64,000 nt of DNA, taken from contig JALUUL010000054.1 of assembly GCA_027021385.1 (NCBI GenBank), positions 51,050 to 115,049 on the forward strand, in the 5' to 3' direction. This DNA is from Planctomycetota bacterium. GTDB taxonomy: Bacteria > Planctomycetota > UBA1135 > GCA-002748355. The position numbers and the translations under genes were made by a program. Below are positions 32,794 through 41,411 of the stretch, one piece after another. The stretch's first letter is position 1. The number at the start of each line of letters is the position of its first letter. The notes beneath the pieces are model-generated. The model made no database searches. It saw only the letters and a program-made list of their open reading frames with translations, and had not been told where the DNA came from.

Positions 32794-35082
32794 ATGGACC
32801 GATTCATCCTCTTCCTCGGCGCCGCTCTGCTCTCCTCCTCCCTCCCCTCCCAGATCCACCCCGAAGGTTCCCTGCTTCTACAGATCGAGGGACGTCCCGG
32901 AGCCGTCCGGCTCGTTCATGCGTGGAGAAAGGCCCGGGCCTTCCCGGTTCCCCGCAAGCCCCGGGCGGGAGGGCGCATCCTCGTTCTGGACGCGAGGGGA
33001 AAACTCCTCGAGGAACGTCCTCTCGACCTCGACCCCTTCGATTTCGATGCAACAGGCGGCTCCGCCCACGTCGTCCTGGGAGACACCCTTCGCTCGAGGG
33101 AGATCGGTCTCTTGATCAAGATCGGGGATTTCGGCCGGGCGATGGACCGCGTCGAGATCCGCGGTCCGGGAAAAGGCGGCGAACGCGTCCTCGGCCGCAT
33201 CTCCCGGGGTGAGATCCTGAAGGTCCTCCAAGGGACCGCGGGGCCCGCCCTCGCCCCCATCGTCAAGACGCAGATGAAGAACGGTCCGGTAGGCAACCGT
33301 TACGACATCGTCATCCTCGGCGACGGATACCGGGCGAGCGAGGAGGCCCGTTTCTATCTCGACGTCAAGAACTGGATGGCCGACCTCTTCGGCAGAGAAC
33401 CCTTCAAGACTTACAAGAGTTTCTTCAACGTCCACACGGTCTTCCGCGCCTCGGCCCAGTCCGGAGCGGATCACCCCGACCGCAAACCCCCGATCTACAA
33501 GAACACCGCCTACGACGCGAGTTACAACACCGGCGGAACCCCCCGCTGCCTCTACATCAAGAACGGGACCCTCGCCCGCGCCGACGCGGCTCTGGCGCCC
33601 GATGTCGAAGGGAGAATCGTCGTCTTCGTCAACGACTCCCGCTACGGGGGATGCGCGGGCACCTTTGCCGTCTCCTACAACGGAAGTTCCAGCCGGCTCG
33701 TGCAGAGTCACGAGTTCGGCCATTCCTTCGGCGGGCTGGCCGACGAGTATAGCTACGGCCGGCCCGGAACCTACCGCGGACCCGAGCCCCGCCAGCCGAA
33801 TCTCACGAAGGACTCGACAGGGAAGACCAAATGGCCTCTTTGGATCGGGACGAACGGCATCGGGGCCTACCAGGGAGCCGGGTATTACCGCTACGGGCTC
33901 TACCGCCCGAAGCTCAACTGCCTGATGCGCGCCCTCTCGGCCCCTCTGTGCGAAATCTGCGTCGAGGAATGCTCGAAGAGGAACTACGCGAAAGTGAATC
34001 CGATCGAGAATCCGATCCCCTCCTCCTCCTCGCTCAAGATCTACAAACCCAGAACGAAGGTTTTCACTTTCACGAACCTGACACCCGGAGGGGGGACGAT
34101 CACTTGGCTGCTGGACGGGAAGCCCGTCCAGCAGGGGGGCACGACGTACACGCTCCTCTCCTCGGGCCTGACGGCCGGGAACCACAGCCTCAAGGTCGAG
34201 GTGAAGGACAAGACGGCCTTCGTCCGCAAGGATCCCACGAAGACCCTCGTCCACTCCCGCACCTGGTCGCTCTCGGTCGTCGACCGGAGCAAGTTCCCCG
34301 ACCTCGTGGTCTCCTCGATCACCGCCCCGACGAGCGCGCCGGCGGGGAGCACGATCAAGATCGTCACGGTCCTCTCGAACTCCGGCGGCGGTTCCTCGGG
34401 CCCCTTCCGGAGCGAACTCTTCCTCTCGAAGGACGCCCTGATCGGAACGCAGGACATCTACTTGGGGGCATCGACCGTCACCGGCCTCGCCCTCAACGGG
34501 ACCACGACCATCACCAGGAACGTTGCGATCCCCCTCTTCGCCCTCCCGGGAACCTGGACCCTCGGAGCCTGGGTCGATCGGGCGAACATCGTCGAGGAAC
34601 GGAACGAGACGAACAACAAGAGAACGGTCTCGTTGAATCTCGGGGCGTACACGGGTTGCCCGGCCAGTCCCGAGTTCCACATGCCCCTCGCCTATCCGAC
34701 GAATTCCTACAAGATCTCGATCATCTCAGGTGGCACCGCCCGGCTCGACCTGACCGCCCCCTGTCGCAAGGGCGACTACTACCTCCTTCTCTGGTCGGGC
34801 AAGGGAACGAGCCCGGGGGTCCGCCTTCCCGGAAACCACCTCCTTCCGCTCAACTGGGATCCGGTCCTGACGCCCTTCGGGCTCGCGACCCTGAACCTCT
34901 ACCCCTTCCGGGGGACCTTCGGGAAGATCGGGACCTCCGGACAGGGGCGGGCCGATCTCTTCATCCCCCCGGTCAAGATCTTCACCCCTTTGTCCACGCA
35001 TTTTGCGGCAATCTTCTTCGACCCGGCCTTCCGCAAGGTCACCGGAACCTCGACGGCGGCGGCCCTCGGCCTCCCCTGGTGA
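32794..35082 (+). CDS. Secreted M64-family (IgA-peptidase-like) zinc metallopeptidase with CARDB-like and C-terminal beta domains
   Basis: Signal peptide MDRFILFLGAALLSSSLPSQ. YDIVILGDGY, VVFVNDSRYGGCAG and HEFGHSFGGLADEY are M64 motifs. PDLVVSSITAP...NETNNK is CARDB-like. Confidence 0.85.
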   Translation: MDRFILFLGAALLSSSLPSQIHPEGSLLLQIEGRPGAVRLVHAWRKARAFPVPRKPRAGGRILVLDARGKLLEERPLDLDPFDFDATGGSAHVVLGDTLRSREIGLLIKIGDFGRAMDRVEIRGPGKGGERVLGRISRGEILKVLQGTAGPALAPIVKTQMKNGPVGNRYDIVILGDGYRASEEARFYLDVKNWMADLFGREPFKTYKSFFNVHTVFRASAQSGADHPDRKPPIYKNTAYDASYNTGGTPRCLYIKNGTLARADAALAPDVEGRIVVFVNDSRYGGCAGTFAVSYNGSSSRLVQSHEFGHSFGGLADEYSYGRPGTYRGPEPRQPNLTKDSTGKTKWPLWIGTNGIGAYQGAGYYRYGLYRPKLNCLMRALSAPLCEICVEECSKRNYAKVNPIENPIPSSSSLKIYKPRTKVFTFTNLTPGGGTITWLLDGKPVQQGGTTYTLLSSGLTAGNHSLKVEVKDKTAFVRKDPTKTLVHSRTWSLSVVDRSKFPDLVVSSITAPTSAPAGSTIKIVTVLSNSGGGSSGPFRSELFLSKDALIGTQDIYLGASTVTGLALNGTTTITRNVAIPLFALPGTWTLGAWVDRANIVEERNETNNKRTVSLNLGAYTGCPASPEFHMPLAYPTNSYKISIISGGTARLDLTAPCRKGDYYLLLWSGKGTSPGVRLPGNHLLPLNWDPVLTPFGLATLNLYPFRGTFGKIGTSGQGRADLFIPPVKIFTPLSTHFAAIFFDPAFRKVTGTSTAAALGLPW

Positions 35083-35231
35083 CGGCGCTCCTCCCCGCGG
35101 AAGAATCGTTTTTTCGATCTTTTCCAGCACCCCGGGGCTTCGGCTCCGTAGGATGCTTCGTCGACTTTCAGGACAGCCCCTCCCCCGCGGTTGGCGGGAA
35201 TCCCGGCCTTTTTTCTTTTGGAGCCCTCGAG

Positions 35232-36347
35232 ATGACCCCTTTCCTCCTCCCCTTCATGACTCTCGCCCTCTTCCAGGGCGACGCTGTGACCCAAAGCCCG
35301 ACTCCCGCGACTCCCGTCCTCCAGGGCCGGGAGGAGACGCGACAGGACCCTGAACAGATCCTCCAGGAGGTCTCCGCCGCGATCCAGAAGAAGACCGCAG
35401 AGCTGCCCCGACCGAAGAACGGGGACAGCAAGGGAATCGCCGCCTACCGGAAGGCCGTCACCGAGGCCCAGAACGCCGCGGCCGCCGAAGCCCTGAAGAA
35501 ACACGAGGAGCTGTTCCGCCGGCCCGAGGCGATGTTCGTCAAGGGGCGCCTTCTCCTCTTCTGCGAGAAATGGACGGAAGCCGTCAAGAGCTTCGTAGAG
35601 TTCGCCGGAGTCTCGAAGGACCCCGAGAAGAAGACCAAAGCCCTGCTCCTCGCCGCCCAGGTCGAAAACAGCATGGGCGCGGGCGCCAAGGCTGCCTCCA
35701 AGATCCTCGCCGGAATCGATCCCGACAATCTCCCCGCGAAGTTCAAACGCTACTATGACAGCTTCGAGCGGAGACTCGAGGCCGATCTCAAACGCGAGAA
35801 GCTGAACGGCCGCCCCGTCCCGACGATCGCGGCTTCGCACGTCCTGAAGGGACCCGCCCCCGACGAGTTCTCCCTCGACGCCTACAAGGGCAAGGTCCTC
35901 ATCCTCGATTTCTGGGCGACCTGGTGCCCTCCCTGCCGCGGCGTCATCCCCGACCTTGTCGAGATGCAGGCCAAGTACGGCGATCGAGGGCTGCAGATTC
36001 TCGGCATCACGAAGTTCTACGGAAGTGGCATGGACTTCTCGGATCCCGCCTCGACGATCCCCCACGGCGGCAAGACCGTCCGCGGGCTCGACGAGGAGGC
36101 GGAGTTGAAGGTCAACGAGGCCTTCATGAAGAAGTTCGAACTCAATTACCCGATCGTCTTCGCCAAGGGGAACGTCGCCGGTGAGGCCTTCTTCGTCCAG
36201 GGCATCCCGACCCTCTTTGTGGTCGACCGCGAGGGTAAGGTCCTCGGGAGCGTCGTCGGAGGCGGGGAGGCCAACCACAAGAAGGTCGTCGCGATGGTCG
36301 AGAAGGCTCTCGGCCTCAAGACAAAGGATGGGGAATCCGGGGACTGA
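35232..36347 (+). CDS. TlpA-like periplasmic thiol:disulfide oxidoreductase with an N-terminal helical extension
   Basis: ATG at 35232 in the frame of ORF 33831..36347. Signal peptide MTPFLLPFMTLALFQG. The thioredoxin motif is DFWATWCPPCR. Confidence 0.85.
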   Translation: MTPFLLPFMTLALFQGDAVTQSPTPATPVLQGREETRQDPEQILQEVSAAIQKKTAELPRPKNGDSKGIAAYRKAVTEAQNAAAAEALKKHEELFRRPEAMFVKGRLLLFCEKWTEAVKSFVEFAGVSKDPEKKTKALLLAAQVENSMGAGAKAASKILAGIDPDNLPAKFKRYYDSFERRLEADLKREKLNGRPVPTIAASHVLKGPAPDEFSLDAYKGKVLILDFWATWCPPCRGVIPDLVEMQAKYGDRGLQILGITKFYGSGMDFSDPASTIPHGGKTVRGLDEEAELKVNEAFMKKFELNYPIVFAKGNVAGEAFFVQGIPTLFVVDREGKVLGSVVGGGEANHKKVVAMVEKALGLKTKDGESGD

Positions 36348-36358
36348 ACCGGCTCCCC

Positions 36359-36380
36359 GGCCCGCTCGAGAGGGCGGGCC
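36359..36380. terminator. Hairpin between convergent tlpA-like and PilZ genes
   Basis: GGCCCGC / GCGGGCC 7 bp stem with an 8 nt loop, in the 38 bp convergent gap. Confidence 0.4.
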
Positions 36381-36385
36381 TTCGC

Positions 36386-37180
36386 TCAGACGGGACTCGC
36401 CCGGCGGGAGAACCTCCGGGTGAGACGCCTGAGACGCATGCCGGTGAAGCGATGGATCACCTCTAGCATGCGCAGGGCCGTGTCGGGGTGGGTCCTCTTC
36501 AGGAAGGCGAGCCCGTCACGCGACAGGGCGATCAGGCAGGTATCCTCGAGAGCCGCAATGTCGAGATCGTGAGGCAGCCCGATCAGGGCGGATACTTCGC
36601 CGAAGACCTGTCCCGCGCACGCGACCTCGACGGATTCGCCCCCTCCTTCTCGACCTCCTCCGGTCAGCTTGACAACCCCCGAGTGCACGATGAACAGGCT
36701 GCGGGCCTCGTCTCCCTGCCTCGCGAGAACTTCCCCGGCCTCGAGGCTGATCCGATGACAGACGCCGGCCAGGGCCAGGAGATCGAACTCCGTCATGCTT
36801 CGAAAGGCGGGGAAATCCCGCATCCTTTCGACGAGTTGCATCGTCAGGTCCATGACGAGTCGTCGCAACTGGCGCTGTCGGACAGCCGAAACCCTGGGGA
36901 AGGAAACCGCAATCTGGAACCTGGGTTCTTCGTAGAAATCCTCGGAAGGCACGACGCGGCTGATCGAAGCGCTGAGTTCCAGCTCGGGAGCCCCTTCCTC
37001 GATTCGAAACTGCAGAGTCAGTGGATCCCCTAGGAACAGGGCGCGGGGACTCGTGAACAACATCCCGCCCGCGGAGAGATTGCGGATCACGCAGCCGGGA
37101 ACGAGGGTCCCGTCCTGCTGCCGGACCTTCACGGGCCTCGAGACGGCGACCCTTTGATCCTTCCTTGTCTTCGAAGTCAT
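36386..37180 (-). CDS. PilZ domain fused to a cyclic-nucleotide-binding (cNMP/CAP-effector) domain
   Basis: PilZ motifs RKDQRVAVSR (RxxxR) and IRNLSAGGM (D/NxSxxG). The C-terminal half (LARQGDEARSLFIVHSGVVKL...AGQVFGEVSAL) fits a cNMP-binding beta-barrel. Confidence 0.8.
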   Translation of the reverse strand: MTSKTRKDQRVAVSRPVKVRQQDGTLVPGCVIRNLSAGGMLFTSPRALFLGDPLTLQFRIEEGAPELELSASISRVVPSEDFYEEPRFQIAVSFPRVSAVRQRQLRRLVMDLTMQLVERMRDFPAFRSMTEFDLLALAGVCHRISLEAGEVLARQGDEARSLFIVHSGVVKLTGGGREGGGESVEVACAGQVFGEVSALIGLPHDLDIAALEDTCLIALSRDGLAFLKRTHPDTALRMLEVIHRFTGMRLRRLTRRFSRRASPV

Positions 37181-37196
37181 TCCCGCTCCGGACCGG

Positions 37197-37712
37197 TCAA
37201 CTGAAATCGTAGAGGTAGGAGATCCTCTCCTTGTGCACGATCGCGTAGGAAAGGTTCTTCAGACACTCCACTTCCTTTCCCAGGTCGGGGTTGAGGCCCC
37301 GGACCTGACAGTTCTCCATGACGAAGAAGTTCTGTTCCAGGGCTCCGAGTTCATAGGCTTTCGGGCGGATCCATCCCGCCAGTTCCAGGTCGAGCGTTCC
37401 ATGCACGAAGGCCCTGACCTTCACGCTCTTCTCGGACCTGTGTTCCCCGGCCAGGGCCTTCTGGTAGAAATCCCCTGAGGTCTCGACCAGCTCGTGGGCG
37501 AGGATCAGCTCATGCAGGTTGACATGCAGGCGCGGCGTCTGGATGACCTCGCCGCGATGGAGATCGAACATCATCACGTCGGTGACGGCGACGAAGAGGC
37601 GTGAGAACCCGTCAAGCATCTTCGACAGGCGGCTCAACTTGCCCTCCACCCTTCCCTTGATCAGGAAGGCGTCGGTCAACAACAGATCCTCAACCAGCGC
37701 GGCCGTACCCAT
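37197..37712 (-). CDS. 171 aa hypothetical protein made of two similar ~80 aa halves
   Basis: Ordinary amino-acid composition. Located 16 bp upstream of the PilZ-cNMP gene on the same strand. I recognise no family. Confidence 0.65.
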   Translation of the reverse strand: MGTAALVEDLLLTDAFLIKGRVEGKLSRLSKMLDGFSRLFVAVTDVMMFDLHRGEVIQTPRLHVNLHELILAHELVETSGDFYQKALAGEHRSEKSVKVRAFVHGTLDLELAGWIRPKAYELGALEQNFFVMENCQVRGLNPDLGKEVECLKNLSYAIVHKERISYLYDFS

Positions 37713-37769
37713 ATGTCTCGCCTCGTCCTTTTTTCTCTCCAGGCGCCTTCCGCCGGGAGAGGTCGTCCG

Positions 37770-39074
37770 TCAGATGCTTTCCGCAAAGGCCTCGAGCGCC
37801 TCCCCGGCTCCGTAGAAGGAACCGGCGACGAGAACGCCGAGTCCGTCTTCCCGCCCCCTCCCGGCCTCCTCGAGAGCGGCGGCGATCGACGGGAAGGCGC
37901 GGGCCTTCCACCCCGACCCCCGTAGCCCAGAAGCGATCCGGCAAGGGTCCTCGCAGCTCCGCTCGGCGAGCGGAGCCACGAGGAACCTATCGACCAGGGG
38001 GGAGAGCCGTCTCAAGCCCTCGAACCAGCGCTTGTCCCCCGCCACCGCGAAGACCATCGTGAAGCGACGGCCGGGCCAGTTCTCCTCCAGGTCCGAGGCC
38101 AGGGCTGCCAGGGAGCCGTCCGTATGGGCCCCGTCGACGACGAAGGGCGGGTCCTCGGCCAGGACTTGGAAGCGGGCGGGCGGCAGCAGGACGGAAAGCC
38201 GGCCCCAGGCCCCGGCCTGATCGAGGAGGGCCGGGGCCTCGGGACGCAGTCTTCGGAGACCCTCGAGAGCCAGGGCCAGACTCCTGCAATGACAGCGGGC
38301 GCGCAGGTCGGTCCGGAGCCTATATTCGCTCCCGTCTTCGAGCCGGAGCCTCCCTTCGAAGCCCCGCTCGCTCCGCTCGAGGGTTCTCCAGCCGAAATCC
38401 CGGTTCAGGACGCTCAATCGACAGCCGACCTCCGCCGCCCGCTTCTCGAAGACCCTGAGTGCTTCTCCCTCGGCTCCGGTCAGACAGGGCGTATCGGGCC
38501 GGAGGATCCCCGCCTTCTCGGCCGCGACCGAGGCGAGGCTGTCTCCGAGGATCCTCGTATGTTCGAGTTCGACCTGGGTCAGCACGCAGAGGTCCTTCGG
38601 AATCACGCTGGTCGCATCCAGACGTCCGCCCAACCCGACCTCGAAGACGGCGAGGTCCGGGTCTCCCTCCGCGAAGCGCAGCAGGGCCACCGCGGTCCAG
38701 GCCTCGAACCAGGTCTGCCCCTCAGCCAGGACCGAAGCCACCCTCTCGACGCTCTCCGCAAGATCGTCGAGAGGGCAGGGACGTCCCGCGAAGAGGATAC
38801 GTTCGCTCAGGTCGCGGACATGGGGGGATAGGAAGGCGCCTGTTCTCCACCCGATCCGGTCCGCGAGGCCCGCGAGGAGCGAGACCACGGTCCCCTTCCC
38901 CTTGCTCCCCCCGACCTGGACCACCCGCCGCAGCCGGTGTTCGGGCGACCCTAGGCGCGCACAGAGCCCTTCGATCCCCGAGAGATCGAAGCGATAGCCC
39001 TTCGGGCGTTTTTTCCCCTCCCAGTTCGTCAAGGACGCCAGACGGGAAAAGGAGGATTCGAAATTCCGAGACAT
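37770..39074 (-). CDS. folC: Folylpolyglutamate synthase / dihydrofolate synthase (Mur-ligase family)
   Basis: Start at MSRNFE (M26 of ORF 37770..39149). P-loop VGGSKGKGT, FLSPHV, and VFEVGLGGRLDAT. Confidence 0.85.
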   Translation of the reverse strand: MSRNFESSFSRLASLTNWEGKKRPKGYRFDLSGIEGLCARLGSPEHRLRRVVQVGGSKGKGTVVSLLAGLADRIGWRTGAFLSPHVRDLSERILFAGRPCPLDDLAESVERVASVLAEGQTWFEAWTAVALLRFAEGDPDLAVFEVGLGGRLDATSVIPKDLCVLTQVELEHTRILGDSLASVAAEKAGILRPDTPCLTGAEGEALRVFEKRAAEVGCRLSVLNRDFGWRTLERSERGFEGRLRLEDGSEYRLRTDLRARCHCRSLALALEGLRRLRPEAPALLDQAGAWGRLSVLLPPARFQVLAEDPPFVVDGAHTDGSLAALASDLEENWPGRRFTMVFAVAGDKRWFEGLRRLSPLVDRFLVAPLAERSCEDPCRIASGLRGSGWKARAFPSIAAALEEAGRGREDGLGVLVAGSFYGAGEALEAFAESI

Positions 39075-39187
39075 CGTCGGATCACCCGTTCTCTCGGGAG
39101 GGATGCGGGAAGTTCCCCGTTTCCTGGACCGGAAGACGGAGGGAAACAAGCGCGGACGGCCGATATATAACCCGGAACGGGGGAACG

Positions 39188-39613
39188 ATGACGATCCACC
39201 ACAAAGTCCGGGTCTTCGTTTTCAACTGGGAGGAGGGACGGATCCGCTACCTCCTCCTCAAGAAGGCCCCCAGCACCGAGCATACCTGGGGGCCGGTCGC
39301 TGGGCCCGTGAACCTCGGAGAGCATCTCCAGGAGGCTGCGGTCCGGGAGGTCCGGGAAGAGACGGGGATCCTGCGGCCGGTCCATCTCATCGATCTGGAA
39401 CACACCCAACGCCTCGTGTTCGGAGACGAGGGGCTCGTCGAATGGGAGTTCGGCTACCAGGCCCCGGGGCCGACCCGGGCCCTCGAACTCGCCCCGAGCC
39501 CCGAGATCGTGGAATTCCACTGGCTGGATTTCGACCAGGCCTACGACCGCCTCGAAACCCCCGAGGACCGGACCGGTATCGTCCGCCTGCGGATGCGCCT
39601 CCAGGCGGGTTGA
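39188..39613 (+). CDS. Nudix hydrolase
   Basis: ATG at 39188 in the frame of ORF 38459..39613. Nudix box GPVNLGEHLQEAAVREVREETGI. Confidence 0.85.
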   Translation: MTIHHKVRVFVFNWEEGRIRYLLLKKAPSTEHTWGPVAGPVNLGEHLQEAAVREVREETGILRPVHLIDLEHTQRLVFGDEGLVEWEFGYQAPGPTRALELAPSPEIVEFHWLDFDQAYDRLETPEDRTGIVRLRMRLQAG

Positions 39614-39662
39614 GGCGACGGATGCCCGGAGAGGGGCGCCGTGCTAGTTTCGGGCCCCGCAT

Positions 39663-40643
39663 ATGCCGGCTTCCCTCGACCCTCCGCCGTCCCTCCTCCT
39701 CCAGATCCTCTTCCTGGCCGGTGGGGCGCTCATGCTTTGGGGAGGGGCGGAAGCCATGGTCCGGGGAGCCGCCCGGATCGCCGTGCATTTCGGATTCTCC
39801 CCACTCCTGATCGGGGCGAGCGTCGTCGCCTTCGGGACCTCGGCTCCGGAATGGCTCGTCAGCTTCTTCGCCCGGCTCGAGGACCGGCCGACGATGGCCC
39901 TGGCCAATCTCCTGGGCTCGAACGTCTGCAACCTCGGGCTCGTCCTCGGGGCCACGGCCGTCATTCTCCCGCTCGGCGTCCGCCGCATCGTGCTCCGCAG
40001 GGAACTCCCCTACGTCCTCCTGACGGGCGTCCTATTCCTCCTGCTCTGTCTGGACGGCGTCCTGAGCCGGATCGACGGCGTCCTCCTCCTCATCTCCTTC
40101 GTGTTCATCTATACGAAGCTCGTCCTCCACGCCAAGAACCTTCCTCCCGACCTCCTCCCTGATGAGGAATCGGCCAGACTCGGAGACTCCACGACCCTAA
40201 AGGACGTCCTTCTGACCCTTTTCGGCCTGATCCTGCTGGCCGCCGGGGCGGAGATCTTCGTCCTCGGGGCGGAGGGGTTCGCTCTCGGGATGGGGATGAG
40301 CGAGGCCATGGTCGGGGCCACGATCGTGGCCCTCGGCACGAGCCTTCCCGAACTCGTGACCTCAGTCGTGGCCGCGTTGCGGGGTCACGCGGACATCTCC
40401 GCGGGCAACATTCTCGGGAGCAACCTCTTCAACCTCTGCTTCGTCGGAGGAAGCGTCTCCCTCATCCACCCCTTCCCGGTCGAGCCCGAGATCCTCACCT
40501 TCCATCTTCCCTGGGTCCTCGGAATCACGATCGCCGTCTGGCCCCTTTGCCTCCTCTCCGGCCCCTCTCCCCGGATCTCCCGCCCCGCCGGACTCCTTCT
40601 TCTCGCCTTCTATGTGTCGTATCTCTTCGGCAACCTCCCCTGA
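39663..40643 (+). CDS. Ca2+/Na+ antiporter (CaCA / YrbG family)
   Basis: Two alpha-repeats, GTSAPEW and GTSLPELVTS, plus GSNLFNL. About 10 TM segments. Confidence 0.88.
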   Translation: MPASLDPPPSLLLQILFLAGGALMLWGGAEAMVRGAARIAVHFGFSPLLIGASVVAFGTSAPEWLVSFFARLEDRPTMALANLLGSNVCNLGLVLGATAVILPLGVRRIVLRRELPYVLLTGVLFLLLCLDGVLSRIDGVLLLISFVFIYTKLVLHAKNLPPDLLPDEESARLGDSTTLKDVLLTLFGLILLAAGAEIFVLGAEGFALGMGMSEAMVGATIVALGTSLPELVTSVVAALRGHADISAGNILGSNLFNLCFVGGSVSLIHPFPVEPEILTFHLPWVLGITIAVWPLCLLSGPSPRISRPAGLLLLAFYVSYLFGNLP

Positions 40644-40654
40644 CCCGCCCCGGC

Positions 40655-41401
40655 ATGCTTCCTCGGATCGGATTCGACCTCGACCTCGACCACGACGGGC
40701 GGCGCTGGATCTACAAATCACCGGCGCGCTACGGGCGGGCCCTTCTCGAAGCAGGGGCCCTCCCGATCCCCCTCTTTCCCGGCGACCCTCGCCCGGCCCG
40801 GGAGATCCTGCGGGACCTCGACGGGCTGCTGATGACCGGCGGGGACGATATCCACCCGAGGGTCTTCGGAGCCGCTCCCGGGGACCTTCCGATGACTCTC
40901 CTCCCGGTCGCCCGGGAGCGATTCGTTCTCACCCTGGCCCAGGCCGCTCTGGATCTCCGGATTCCGACCCTCGCGGTCTGCCTGGGCTGCCAGGCCCTGA
41001 ACCTGGCCGCGGGAGGGAGCATCTGGATCGACCTGGAGGGCGAGGGGGCGACCGAACTCGATCATCGGAACGGAAAGGTCCACCGCATCGATCCCGAACC
41101 CGGGGGGCTCCTCTTCCGTTGTTGGAAGGGAAAAAGCCCGCGCCTGCCGAGCCACCACCACCAGGCCGTCCGCGACCTCGGAGAGGGGCTGTCCCTGGAA
41201 GCCCGGGCCGAAGACGGCATCATCGAGGCCTTCGGCGGGCGGGATCATCCCTTCCTGCTGGGCCTGCAATGGCATCCCGAACTTCAGGGTTCCGACCCGG
41301 GTGGCCGGGATTTGATCGAACATTTCGTCCGTTCGGCCGAGGAACGGAGCGGACGGCGGAGGAACCGAGTTGCGCGACAAGATCCGACGAGAAACCCGTA
41401 G
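40655..41401 (+). CDS. Class-I glutamine amidotransferase / peptidase C26 (gamma-glutamyl hydrolase-like)
   Basis: LLMTGGDDIHP, the nucleophile context LAVCLGCQALN, HHQAV, and LGLQWHPE. Confidence 0.82.
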   Translation: MLPRIGFDLDLDHDGRRWIYKSPARYGRALLEAGALPIPLFPGDPRPAREILRDLDGLLMTGGDDIHPRVFGAAPGDLPMTLLPVARERFVLTLAQAALDLRIPTLAVCLGCQALNLAAGGSIWIDLEGEGATELDHRNGKVHRIDPEPGGLLFRCWKGKSPRLPSHHHQAVRDLGEGLSLEARAEDGIIEAFGGRDHPFLLGLQWHPELQGSDPGGRDLIEHFVRSAEERSGRRRNRVARQDPTRNP

Positions 41402-41411
41402 GAAACGGGGC

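Noticed and set aside
39164-39170. TATATAA in the folC/Nudix divergent gap, a possible -10 box.
   Set aside because: It is only ~18 nt from the Nudix ATG and has no recognisable -35 partner. It cannot be supported as a promoter from sequence alone.
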